From positions 101,928,001 to 101,992,000 of the forward strand of contig OX597820.1 of NCBI GenBank assembly GCA_951406725.2: a DNA stretch of 64,000 nucleotides, in the 5' to 3' direction. This document shows positions 26,195 to 39,515 of this stretch, piece by piece (position 1 is the first letter of the stretch; the number at the start of each line of letters is the position of its first letter). Position numbers and translations under genes: made by a program. Source of the stretch: Octopus vulgaris (taxonomy: Eukaryota). A model generated the notes under the pieces. It did not search any database. It saw only the letters and a list, made by a program, of their open reading frames with translations, and was not told the DNA's origin.

Positions 26195-26500
26195 TCACAC
26201 ATGTAGAACTATATAAGGTCATTACACCTTGCTGCTGGACCAGTTCACTATCCATATCTTGTAGATATCATTGGGTAAACCTTGCAGTAGGACCACTACA
26301 CCCTGCTCCTATATGTACCATAGGTTACACCCTATTGTAAGACCAGATCCCAACACCTGTAGGTATCATAGAGTAGTTACACTTGGCTGCAGGACCAGTC
26401 CACCCTACACCTGTAGGTAACATAGGGTACTTAAAACCTGCTGTAGAACCAGATTTCCCAACTCCTGTAGGTACCAGAGGGTAGTTACACCTTGCTACTT
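26195..26500. repeat. degenerate 54-bp tandem repeat (~5-6 units)
   Basis: cctgtaggta recurs at 26356, 26410 and 26464 (period 54), with looser units upstream. Confidence 0.8.
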
Positions 26501-26789
26501 GTAAGTCAGTGAAGATTAAAAAAGAAAAAAAGACAGTGAAAATGATTAAGAAGACTAAAGGCACCCATGCTGGGGACATGTAAAAGGCACCCGTGCCAGT
26601 GACACATAAAATGGCACCTGTGCCAGAGACACCCAATACATTCTGTAGAGTGGCTGGTGTTAGGAAGGGCATCTAGCCATAGAAACCATGCCAAAACAGT
26701 CAACTAGACCTGGTGTAGCTCCCTGGCTTACCAGCTGTAGTCAAACCATCTGACCCACAGATGTGAAATGATGATAATCATCATCATTG

Positions 26790-27060
26790 TCATCGTTTAA
26801 CATCCGCTTTCCATGCTGGCATGGGTTGGACGGTTTGACCGAGGACTGGCAAGCCAGGAGGCTGCATCAGGCTCCAATCTGATCTGGCAAGGTTTCTACA
26901 GCTGGATGCCTTTCCTAATGCCAACCACTCAGAGTGTAGTGAGTGTTTTTTACATGCTACCAGCATGGGGACCAATCAGGCAGTACTGGTATTGACCATG
27001 CTCAGATGGCGCTTTTTACGTGTCACCGGCATGGGAGCCAATTAGGTGGTACTGGCATCC
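26790..27060 (-). mobile_element. family C repeat
   Basis: Consensus match; tail-to-tail with a plus-strand copy at ~26560-26775. Confidence 0.8.
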
Positions 27061-27694
27061 ACAGGCAGTATGACGATGATATATAATTGTGCTAAAGAAC
27101 TCCTTTGATAGGCATATCAAAATGAAATAACAAACTAGAAATTGTTCCAAAGCTTTTCAAAGAAGAGAAATGATAGAAACGGAGAGAGAGAGAGTGAAGT
27201 TTGTATTGCTTCACTTTTTGTAGAAATAGATGTCAGTGTTAATGTTGCAGTAATTTATATTCAAAATAATAAATTTTAAAAAAACATAAGGTAGCTAATT
27301 GGAAGTGTTGTTTGAGAGTCTGATAGATAGCTTTGCAGCAACCATTCTGACTATGCTCTGGGTTCAAATCCCATGGTAGACACTGCTTATCATCCTTTCA
27401 GGATTAATAAGTAGAATACCAGTCTTGTACTAGGGTTGATCCTCTTCTCTGACTATGTCTCTGTTTCTGGAATAAATTGACTGTGGTCAAACTTGAAGAG
27501 GGATGTATTCCGCCAAAGTCTAAAAGTATCCAAGACACCATATGATACAATGTAGCCCCTACATTCCATGAGTTGTTGAGTGCCCATCAAAGCATTAATT
27601 AATTATAATCACCTTTTCAAACAGTTAAGAGCTACAATTAACAACCAATTACCAGACTATAAATCAAACAATTAATAACGGAACCAATAGGTAC

Positions 27695-27897
27695 CTATTT
27701 CTTTACTAACTACAAGGGGCTTAACACAGAGGGGACAAACAAAGACAGACAAACGGATTAAGTCGATTACATCGACCCCAGTGCATAACTGGTACTTAAT
27801 TTAGTGACCCCGACAGGATGAAACACAAAGTCGACCTCGGTGGAATTTGAACTCAGAATGTAACAGCAGGGCTACGCATTTCGCCCAGCATGCTAAG
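27695..27897 (-). mobile_element. SINE family B
   Basis: Matches 4492-4722 in reverse. Confidence 0.85.
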
Positions 27898-30800
27898 GTA
27901 CCAGGCAAGAGATCGCATGATTGATTACACTGTTACTAGTAGAGTGCCATGTCTTTTGATTAACCCTTTAACCTTTGATAACCTTGTCCCACAGGCTATA
28001 AGTAGGTAGAGTTCTTTGACAGTAAACAGCATGGGCATGCTGTCATGTAACTGTGGGATGAGCTCTCTCAATTCAGTGGTTGCTATTGTCTGATCATATT
28101 CTCAGAAGAATTTAACAAGAGAAACATTCTTTCAATGAAGTGAGTCATGGTTAAGACACCACCAGAGTCTTCATTTGGTGACTGCCCTAACTTCTCAAGT
28201 AATCCCGATCAGTTTTGGTATATAAAATATAATTTCTATTTGAAACAGATTAAAAGAGAAAGGGGGGAAAAAAAGACATTATAATCTAAAACTAATATAA
28301 TAATAATAATAATAATAACAACAATATTAACAATAGAGTATAATAAGAGACAAAGTAGTGAGTGACATGTCCTAATTTAGTCATATTGGTGAATTTAAGA
28401 TGTGGTGACCTTGTTTCTAAGTAAAGTGTGAGAAATTAGCAAACCAAGTGTTGATGTCTGCAGAGTGCTTCATCATTTAGCTTAGCTAATGTAAAACAAC
28501 AGAAATGTATGATGATGATGATGATGATGATAATAATAATAATAATAATAATAATAGCACTCTAAGTGGCTGTTTCCTTTATAGTTTATGGTTTGCATTA
28601 CTGTGACAGCATGAATATACATGAAGAAACACACACACACACATACATGTACATACGTATATGTATATATCATACACCTACGTATATAAACATATAGCAA
28701 AAATACGGTTGTGGGAAAATACCTCAGAAGAGGTTAGGGCTTCACATATGTAACACATCAGTAAACCTTAGATTAACTGAGATTATTCATGCAAGTAACA
28801 GACAAAAAAAACCTTCTCTAAAATCTGATCTAAATTCTATAAACAACCAGTAAAGGAAATAGCTGTAATAAATTAATTTAACTAAAAAATATTTTAAAAT
28901 GACAGAAAATGAAGTGATGAAAGTGAGTCTGTTCTTTAATCAACTGGTGGAAGCAATGGACATGTTTTGATTCCTCATTATCACACTTTAACATACAATT
29001 TCCATGCTGGCATGGGTTGGACAGTTTGACAGGAGCAGGCAAGCTAGAGAGATGCACCAGATTCTAGCCTGAGTTGGTTTGTTTTCTATGACTGGATACC
29101 CTTCCTAATGCCAACCTCCTCAGTGAAGCATATTCTACTCAGTTGACAAGACTTATGGTGACCAACATATGTATGTATATGTGTGTGTGAGAGTGAGTGT
29201 GTATGTATATATGCATATCTAACAGTCAGCCTTTACTCACAAGCAAGCGTGGTCTGGTGATACAAACCATGCTTTTGCTAACTGTGTAACCTGTTAGCAT
29301 TTAAACTAGCCATATCAGGTCAAAATATTCTACCTGCTTTATGTCCAAAGCAACCAGATCTGGTCTCTCACACTTAACCTACAATGTCATTCTAAAAATA
29401 ATCAATCCCATCATCATAATCTTGAAGCTATGAGGTAACGAACAAATAATTCAAAACAAAGTTAATATATAGGCATTACATTTGATAGAATAATCTAGAC
29501 GCTATAGGGTTAAGGTTCCTATGTAATTGTACACAGACATAAACACCTTCTTGGGCCCCCTCCTTTTTGACAAACACACACATACATACATAGAGCTGTG
29601 TGTGTGTGTGTGTACTTAGAGAGAGAGAGAGAGATGGGGGTGAAATGCAATTAAATATTACAAACATAGCACTAAGCATCTATTTGTTATTTTCTTATTG
29701 ATTTAATTTCATTAATTCTACATTCCCTTCCCCTACCTTTCCCAAGTCCAATTCCCAAATCATTACAGAATGCAAATATTATTTCTGAGGGGACACTCTG
29801 TACACGTCTGTAAGTGTACGTGTTATACATGTAGAGAGGGAGGGATGGAGGGAGAGAAACAGAGAGGGAGTGTGTGTGCGTGTGTACAAATCTGTTTAGT
29901 TGAGATGGTTATCAGCTGTTACTCATTTTGTATTCTAGCAGAAAAACACAATAATTTTGCCCTAAACGAAATAACTGCTTACACATACTTTAAATTCTAG
30001 GAATATACGACAGTAGAATGACAACTGTTTGAGAATAAAAGAATTACAAATGTTACATTAGCTCAAAAATTGCTCTGAAATATAAAACAGGATGACAATA
30101 CTAAGACTAGTGTTCTCTTTTATCTTTCACCTGTTTCAGTCATTAGACTGTGGCCATGCTGGGGCACCACCTTGAAAGGTTTGGTCAAACAAATTGACCC
30201 CAGTACCTTTATATTTTCTAAGTCTGGTACTTATTTTATCAATTTCTTTTGTCAAACTGCTAAGTTATGAAGATGTAAACAAACTAATACTCTTAAATAT
30301 AGAACTGTATAAACTAATACTAGTTATCAAACAGTGGTGATTTGACTAACAAACACACACACACACACACACATAGATGTATAAATACATATAACAAAAC
30401 AAGAATTTCTCCCCAGACACAACAGAATCTGTTTTGATATATAATAACTCTGCAAGCAATATTTTGAGAATTTTCATCTCTAATATGTACCTTACGTCAA
30501 TGCAATAATGACAACAACTACATAATGGACTTTATATACAGGAATAAGCAGATGTACTTGAAGAGGATACAGCTTAGATTGTACCCTACCTACATAATCT
30601 ACTACATATGTGGGGAATTCTATCTGTGGGTGTGTTTTTGGAGTTGTTAGCTAACTCCTCCTACATTGTTTTATTGATTTTGATGCGTTAGCATGAATTA
30701 AAAAGTTTTTTTGCAAATAAATTATTTAATAGGCATACTCAAATTGTTGAAAAAATTGACATTAGGGCCCCTGGAAGGGATCCTTATATATATCTAATAT

Positions 30801-31479
30801 ATTTCATTTCAACAGCCAAAGGAAATAACCCATTCATTTTCCTAAATCATTTGGCATAAATCAAATTGAGTATGCTTATTTCTTAGTATTTGAACTGTTA
30901 GAGTTATTTGCGCAATTTATCCAGTACAACCCTTAAACAAGTAAATAGTATTTTCCTAAACAATAGATCCACTTATTTCGATTAGTGACTTATTCACGAA
31001 TATTCCAACACTAGCACCTCTGAGGGAAATATTCTCTAGGAATGCACAAAAGCCCTTTTCAGAGTTATTTACTTTGAATTACTATCTCATACCTGATTAG
31101 CCTGTTATTATGTAACATGATTCACGATTTTAGTATACATACTTCATTAGCATTTCCTCCTAAGTTCTATATACTCTGGGAACACATTAAAGCCCTTTTC
31201 GGGGCTGCTTTATTTGAATTCTTACTATCGGGTAACTAATTTCATGTTATTACATAACTGACTTCACAATTTAGGTTTTTATAACTTATTGGGGATTCCT
31301 AAAAACAAGACCCTGTGTATGACAGTTTGGTATTCTCTGTAAATGCACAAAAACCATTTCAAGGGCCACATACTTTGTATTGCTATTGGATTAGCAAAAC
31401 AATTATGAGAATGGAACCAAGGGATAACCTCCGCTTTCCTGGGTATTTCAGCTAGTGTGTGTGTGTATATATACATATA

Positions 31480-31780
31480 TATATAATATAATTTGAGACA
31501 AAACCACTATTTTGCAAAACAAACAAGGAAATTAAAACAGATTAGGAGATCGAAAATCCACCTGACGAATGTCATTGAAGACATGAAACGATTGTAGTGG
31601 CGGTTTATTTCTTTATATTAAAATTTTTATGTATTGATTAAGTCTTTCCTTGTTTGTTTTGCAAAATAGTGGTTTTGTCTCGAATTATATTATATAATAT
31701 TTTACTATAAAATTGGATTTAATCCTAAATCTGATTTTTCCCTGTAAATTTGGATTTATTCCCTAATATTTATTATTATA
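31480..31780 (+). mobile_element. fold-back Penelope-like remnant (arms 31480-31531 / 31645-31696) embedded in (TA)n
   Basis: 52-bp inverted arms with 1 mismatch; an intact hammerhead lies in the spacer. Confidence 0.75.
31558..31600 (+). ncRNA. intact minimal type I hammerhead ribozyme
   Basis: CCAC CTGACGA ATGTC attgaa GACAT GAAA C gatt GTA GTGG. All core nucleotides present, stems I/II/III pair, GUA cleavage triplet (predicted cut after 31596). Confidence 0.85.
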
Positions 31781-32719
31781 CATATATACATATATATATA
31801 TATGAAATATATATCAAAAGTATATATGAAATATATATTCAATATGTTTATAATCCAGAAACATGATGTTCACAGATAACCACCAGACTTCGATTTCGAA
31901 TATCTATTCCTTCTGTTTTGCATATGTGAATTACAGGGTTTGTCGTGCCTGGAGCCCCATTTGTGGAAATTAGAAATAAGCATTTTTGACTGCTATTTCT
32001 ACTGTTGCCTGTCCCTTTTTCTTATATACAATATATATACTGAACTTTACAGAAGTTCCTGCCGGTAATCGGCTATATTTACATACCGAATTCTACCAGT
32101 AAATAATTGTGGTCTTTTTTTAAAAACCATTATAGAAATTATTTACCCTTATTATTATATATATATATATATATATATGCTTCTTTCAATTTCCATCATA
32201 AAATCAACTCACAAGGCTTTGGTTCGCCCAAGGTTACAGTAGATGTCACTTGTCCAAAGTGTTTGACACTGAGACTGAACTTAGAACCTTGTGGTGGAGA
32301 AGTGAACTTCTTACCACACAGCTATGTCTGTGCCGAGAATCTAAGAATATGTTCCAGAGTATAATGTTCGAGAACTGCCCTTAGCCATTTTTTGGTTACC
32401 AATCTACCTCAGACTGTTCCTAGTTCTATGATACAAACTTCCTGTTTTAAAATAATCTAAATAATAAAGCCCTCTTATCAAAATTTCATATCAATTTATG
32501 TTCCATATACCAGCTTCATAATGACAGTTAATTTACAAAATTATTGTTATTTTCAGAATTAATTGAAACAAAGGTGGCAATTTCCAGCAGAACTATGATA
32601 ACAAAAGGATTAAATAACAGGAAAGAACTAAGTGACATTGAGACTGATAACGGTCTGATTCCTATCACAAATTAAGTAAATTAACACAGCCTTTACAGAT
32701 AATTTTATAAAACAAGTGA

Positions 32720-33210
32720 GACATGGCTGTGTGGTTAAGAAGGTCACTTTGTGATCTTGTGGTTTCAGTCTCAATCCCACTGCACAGCAGCCTGGACAAG
32801 AGTCTTTTACTACACTCCCAACTCAGCCAAATGTACTTGTGACTGAATTTGGTAAATGGGAACTGTGAAGAAACCCATGTAATTAGTTTCTGCAATGATA
32901 CACTGACACTCCATCAAATCATATCTTCATCTGTGACACACCTATTCAAAAGTGTGTTTTCTTTTTACCCATGTACCAAAGAAACACAGTGCCTCTGTGT
33001 GTGTGTGTGTGTGTGTGAGCCTGTGTGTTTGTTCCCCTCACTGCCTGAAGACTGATGTTGGTTTGTTTATGTTCCTGTAACTTTGTGGCTCTTCAAAAGA
33101 GACTGGTAGATTAAAAAAAGTACAAGAGTCAGTTTGTTCAACAAAAGCCTTCAAAATAGTGCCCCACATCTGGGCTGCAGTTCAATAACTGAAACAAGTA
33201 TAAGGTAAAA
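32720..33210 (+). mobile_element. old SINE family A carrying a 105-bp templated insertion
   Basis: Family A head and tail interrupted at 32877-32981. Confidence 0.7.
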
Positions 33211-33930
33211 ATTAATATAATTTCTTATACATAAAGTCTGCATTTATCACGTTCATTTTTATGTAATTAGTTTCTGCAATGATGCACTGACACTCCATCA
33301 AATCATATCTTCATCTGTGACACACCTATTCAAAAGTGTGTTTTCTTTTTACCCATGTACCAAAGCTTATGGTAGTGAAATTCCGATGATTATCTTCCAG
33401 CACCCTTAGACACTGTTTTTGGTAGCATCATCATGTACTGCAAGCACCCTGGTTGAAAAAACATTGATTTATGTTCTTCCTTTTGATCATCACCCTTATC
33501 AGTAGTAACATCGTCATCCAAACTAAAATTGCCAGGAACAGCATCCTCATCATTGTGACTATACAAACATTTCATCAATTCTAACATGCTATGAAGGAGA
33601 TAGTATTTTCCAGTACAGAACCCCACCCCTCCAATTATCTCCTTTCCATCGAGCAAAAATCACAATCATTTAATATGGTAATCAAAAGAATAACAGTAAT
33701 ATTAAACGTTAGTGTGTAGAAAATTGCCACATGTAACTAATTCACAGACAGCTAGTAAGCCAGCAAGGGAATATTTATGAAGTTATTTGACTTGCTTAAT
33801 GTAGCAGTCAAAATCTTACCTAAAACAATTTCCTTAACATTTTCAAAAGACAAGCCATAAAGTCCAACATTTTAAAACTGAATGGGCTACAATTTAGGAC
33901 AAGATAAAAAAATCATATCAAAAATATTGA

Positions 33931-34326
33931 GGAGTGGCTGTGTGGTAAGTAGCTTGCTAACCAACCACATGGTTCTGGGTTCAGTCCCACTGTGTGGCAT
34001 CTTGGACAAGTGTCTTCTGCTATAGCCTCAGGCCGACCAAAGCCTTGTGAGTGGATTTGGTAGACGGAAACTGAAAGAAGCCTGTCGTATATATGTATAT
34101 ATATATATATATATATATGCTTGTGTGTGTGTCTGTGTTTGTCCCTCTAGCATTGCTTGACAACCGATGCTGGTGTGTTTGCATCCCCATCACTTAGCGG
34201 TTCGGCAAAAGAGACCGATAGTATAAGTACTGGGCTTACAAAGAATAAGTCCCGGGGTCGATTTGCTCGACTAAAGGCGGTGCTCCAGCATGGCCGCAGT
34301 CAAATGACTGAAACAAGTAAAAGAGT
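33931..34326 (+). mobile_element. SINE family A
   Basis: Near-consensus full-length copy. Confidence 0.9.
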
Positions 34327-34342
34327 AAATGATAACATTTAA

Positions 34343-34561
34343 CCCTTTAGTATTCAGATTATTCTATCAAACATAATGCTTATTGATTCACATTGATTTG
34401 AATTAATCATGCATTATCCCATATCTTCAAGATCTTGATGGTGTAATTACTTAATGTGGAATAACATTGTAGGGTAGGTGTGAGAGCCTGGATTTGGTCA
34501 GTTTGAACATAAAACAGATTAAATATTTTGGCCGGATATGGCCGGTTTAAATACTAAAGGG
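34343..34561. mobile_element. piggyBac-like MITE (related copies ~16790-16966, ~29290-29510, ~36944-37110)
   Basis: TTAA|CCCTTTAGTATT...AATACTAAAGGG|TTAA. Confidence 0.85.
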
Positions 34562-35319
34562 TTAAATCAAACTGATATGCTGAATACTTTGCATTTTCAA
34601 GATATTGTAGGTTGGTGCTATTTCTATGTCAAGTTTATATGAGCTTTGCTAACCAGTGCTAATCAAAAATAACCTACTCTGACGTTAAACAGCCATCTTG
34701 AGTTTGACTAATCATATAGAAGATAGGGCAAAACAATTACAGCAAAACGAAATAAAATTATAATTATTAGTAATGAGTAAATGCTCTTCTGTAGAGAATG
34801 CATATCCTTTTAAACAGCACTACAAAGACAGGAAATATATTAATAGGTTACAGTTCTTTAGATTCAACAATACCAACATTTTGAAAACCTAAACGCAGTT
34901 CTACTAGCGAAACCTACCCATAGACGATTGTTTTATAACTATTATCAAAAAGACAGTAAAGTATATTGGCTATTAAATAATTTATTTGCAAAAAAAACTT
35001 TTTAATTCATGCTAACACATACTTTTGAACTACATTAATCTAGGGTCTATGATATAGATTTACTATTTTAAAGTGGTCTAAATTAAAATCTTCCATCAAA
35101 ATTTTATGTTAATACTTCACTAGTTTAAAGATTAATTGAAACAAAGGCAGCATGTGTTGACAGAAAAAAGGCAACAAAAGGGTTAAAATAATGTTATAAA
35201 AAACTATGGCATAATTATAAATAAGCTCTGTTTGCAGTTTGTATATCATGACTAAATATTTGAATATTAAGATCTTGTAGCAAAATAGGAGAAATGTCAA
35301 GTTCACTTAACTTTAATAA

Positions 35320-35782
35320 AAATAATAATCCTTGCTACTAGAAGCACACGGTCTGAAATTTGGGGGGAGGGGCTAGTAGATTATATTGACCCCAGAGCTC
35401 AACTAGTATGTAATTTATCAAACCTGAAAGGATGAAAAGCAAAGTTGACTTTGGCAGAATTTGAACTTAGAATGTAAAGTTGAAATAAATACCACTAGGC
35501 ATTTCACCTGATGTATTAGCATTTATGGTAGCTCACTGCCTTGGTAATAATAACAATAACGATAATATTAGTTTCCAATTTTGGCACAAGGCCAGCAATT
35601 TCAAAGGAGGTGGACAAGTTCAATTATATCAACACCTGTGCTGAACTGGTACTTGTTTTATGGATGCTGAAAGGATGGTAACAAACTTGACCTCAATGGA
35701 AATGGATCTCAGAATATAAAGACAGACAAAATGCTGCTAAACATTTTGCCTGGCATACTAACGAATCTGTTGGCTCACTGCC

Positions 35783-35841
<59 letters not shown>

Positions 35842-36225
35842 CCTTTCTACTAAAGGCACAAGGCCTGAAATCTGTGGGAGGGGACTAGTCGATTACATCA
35901 ACCCCGAGTGTTTCATTGACCCTGAAAGGACGAGAGGCAAAGTTGACCTCAGTGGAATTTGAACTCAGAATGTGAAGATGGATGAAATAATGATAAGAAT
36001 TTTGCCTGGCATCCTAACAATTCTGTCAGCTTGCCACCTTATAACGGTTTCAAATTTTGACACAATTGTATCAACCTCAGTGCTCAACTGGTATTTATTT
36101 TATCGACCTCCAAATGGACGAAAGGCGAAGTCAACCTCAGTGGAATTTGAACTCAGAACATTAAGACAGATGAAATGCTACTAAGCATTTTGCCTGACAT
36201 GCTAACGAATCTGTCAGGTCAATAA
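35320..36225 (-). mobile_element. head-to-tail cluster of four family B SINEs separated by (AAT)n
   Basis: Four successive ggcacaaggcc..gaaaggatgaaaggcaaagt..gaatttgaactcagaa units. A similar cluster of three lies at ~39955-40740. Confidence 0.8.
35785..35840. repeat. (AAT)n microsatellite
   Basis: ~18 perfect units. Confidence 0.95.
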
Positions 36226-38833
36226 TAATAGCAGCATTAATTGTATAGATATACATACAACAATGATTACAAAAAATACTATTTGCAATGAATTCCAAAG
36301 AAGAAAACAGAGTAAAATAATATTTGTGAAATGTTCAACCTTTTTTTCAACCTTCCTTTTTGTTTAGTGTTTATCTGCTATTAATACAATAACCATGTGT
36401 ACGAACATGCCTTATCAAAATCTAATTGTCAGAGCTCACCATATAGAGTGCACATCATATATATCATCTGTTATGCTAATATTAAATATAATAGAAAAAC
36501 CAGTGAACATTTTTAGAATATTTAGTTACACCCTTCTATATATTTTCAGAATGCCCTTCGTCATTTTAGGTTTGATTAAAGTATATGGCAATCAAACACT
36601 GTGGGGGATGGAGATGTAAGCAAATGTATCCCCTTGCTTCCCTGATTTTGTTTTAAAAAAACTAATTACTACATTTAGTAAATGAATGAATGAAGACAAA
36701 TTCATTTATAGTCATCAGTTAATGAAACTGAAAGTTAGCCTTTCGTTGAACTTGCTTGACAAGAGATTGAATGCGACTATAAGCAGCTCTAAGTCTTATG
36801 GTACTCATATTGGACAATTACAAAAAAAAAAAAAAAAAAAACATACACGGTTAGTTTTTTGGTGTTTTATATTTATTAAAGCATTTGCTTGTTTCACATC
36901 TGTTTTCCTTTGATAGGAAAGCGTTAGACACAGAATGATTTAACCCTTTAGTATTTAAACTAACCATACCCAACCCAAATATTCTACCTAAACCACCAGA
37001 TCCAACCTCTCACACCTACCCTACAATGTCATTTTAAGAATAAAGAATCACATCATTGAAAGCAATGAGATGATGTAAGATTAATTCAAAACCATGTGAA
37101 TAAATGAACATTACAATAAATATCAACATTAGCAGCTGTAGTGCAGCACAGGTCATTAACATTCACAAGCACACACACACATACTCACAAAATGGGCTCT
37201 TGCATTTTTCATGTATCACTTTCCTTCACAAGATATTTGTAGGCCAAGGTCTATAGTAGAAGACGTTTGAACAAATAACTAAGTAGTGGGATTAAAACCA
37301 AAGTCATATGATTGGTAAGTGAACTTCTAAGCCACACAATCAAGCCCATGTTTCAAAGTTCTAAAATTGCCTGCAGGAATTAGATGCTGCGTCTGCTGTA
37401 AACCATACAGTCGTCTTAACCACTACACTAGACTATTGGACTGGATTTTCTATGTTCAGTCTACTGTAGGATGAAGGCCTCAGCATGTTCTCTCCATCAA
37501 CCACAGTCCAATGTGAAAGCCATGAATCAGAGCTTGAGATCATACTGGTTTGATGAGCCTACTCTGCCACACTGGCTCAAAATGGCTTGGTGGTGGAGTG
37601 CAGTTTTTATATTCTAGCCCAAGAGTAGTTAAGTCAATTACATCGACCCCGCCAGTTCTCAACTGGTACACCAGTGTATAGAATATCAAAGATTTTACAC
37701 AAAACTTCTAACATGACCACTGATAATTGTTTTCTTTATCTAAAACAGATTCCACCAAACCCCTTTTAAGAAAATAACTATAGAGACCCTGTTAGATAAT
37801 CATTTGAATAACAAGTGACAACCAAAGGGCCAATTTCAGTACTAAAGAGTATTAGAGTTATTTGAAATGACCCTTGCATGTTACTGGTACTTATTTTAGT
37901 GAGATTGAAGGAACAGCAAACTAGTAAAGTTTGAACTTGGAACAACAAATAGAGATGAGATGATACTAAATACTAGAAAGTGGTGATGGAGTGGCAGAAA
38001 TGGATTAAAGTGTCAGACTAAATGCTGTATGGTACTCAAGTTTCTCTACATTTTGATTTCAAATCCTGTTCAAGTTAGGTTTGCCTTTTATTTGTATCAT
38101 GTCAGAAGTTCCAAGCATGTATTTGAACTGATTCAAACAGCTACCTGTATCCTTCTCTACAAGCTAGGTCAGCCTTAGTCAAACTAGGCAGGGTTAGGCT
38201 ATGCTATACTTTCTAGACCAGACAAGATTGAACAGACATACAAAGTGGTAGGTAGATAGGTTTGTTGGAACAAACAAAGAATAGAACTCAATACATAAGT
38301 TTATACTGAGTTCTAACAACTGGCTATAGGTTCTACTATGGCAAAGCGAAATCATAAAATATATAATAAAAGTGATATATTTTTTTATTCAGCTTCAAAG
38401 TTTACATCAAAGAGATGAGCACAAGGCATGAAATTTTTCAGCCCCTGAGACACACAACTTTGTGGCCGGTTCTTGTGTGACGCAGAAAGCACCCACTACA
38501 CTCTTGGAGTGGTTGGTGTTAAGAAGGGCATCCAGCCATAGAAACCATGCCAAATCAGATTAGAACACGGTGCAGCTCTCCAACTTACCAGTTTCAATCA
38601 AACCATCTAACCCATGCTACACACACACACGCGCGCATGTGATATATATATATATATATATATATATAAATCAAAACTAATGGTTGAATTTTAGTAATTG
38701 CACATATATGTTACATCACTTATGGTATATATACATGATGTTTTTCAAGATAGTGAGTACCATGATGTCATTTATATTGAACTATCAATAAGATGTAGTA
38801 CTGTATATAATGAAAGATTTAAACACACATACA

Positions 38834-39229
38834 TCTTTATATATAAAAGTGAAGTTGTGTGTCTGTCTCCTACGATTTAGATTCCTAACTACTCCCACAT
38901 TTTGCGGTGCAGTGTAACCAAAAACGGGTATCTTATAGTCGTGATTCATATCGAGCCCTTCTGGGTATTAGCGCGCGTCTACGATGAGTCTACGATTTAA
39001 AAAAAAATTTACCATCATTTTTTCCCATTTTTAATGCATTTTTTTGCTATTATATAAGGGAAGTAACTCTCTAAAAATGTATTATGAAATATCAGAACGT
39101 AAAAAGCTACAGTAACACCCCCCCCTTGTGGTTAGCCATATTGAGATGGCTATTATACTTTACATCTCTAAAAATGCTTATATAGTTATTTCCCTTACAA
39201 ACCCGAGCAACGCCGGGCGATACTGCTAG
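38834..39229 (+). mobile_element. non-autonomous Helitron
   Basis: A|TC start, subterminal hairpin CCCGAGCAACGCCGGG, CTAG|T end, no TSD. Confidence 0.8.
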
Positions 39230-39267
39230 TAATAAATAAGTAAATAAATAAATATATTTATATATAG

Positions 39268-39430
39268 ATTCTACAGGAAATAAAGGAATTCTTGAATGCA
39301 GAATGATTGTGAAGAAGCTTAGAAAATCGGGTACAGACCTTTTAGAAGGCAGAAAAAGGGTATTTACTTTATTTTCTAAGCTGTCTTCACAGCCTTCTGC
39401 ATTTGAGAATTCCTTTATTTTCTGTAGAAT
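39268..39430. repeat. fold-back element, ~60-bp arms (39268-39327 / 39371-39430) between TA-rich runs
   Basis: attctacaggaaataaaggaattc...cttagaaaat versus attttctaagc...gaattcctttattttctgtagaat. Confidence 0.8.
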
Positions 39431-39461
39431 ACCAACACATTCGGCACTTGTAAGTTTGTTT

Positions 39462-39515
<54 letters not shown>

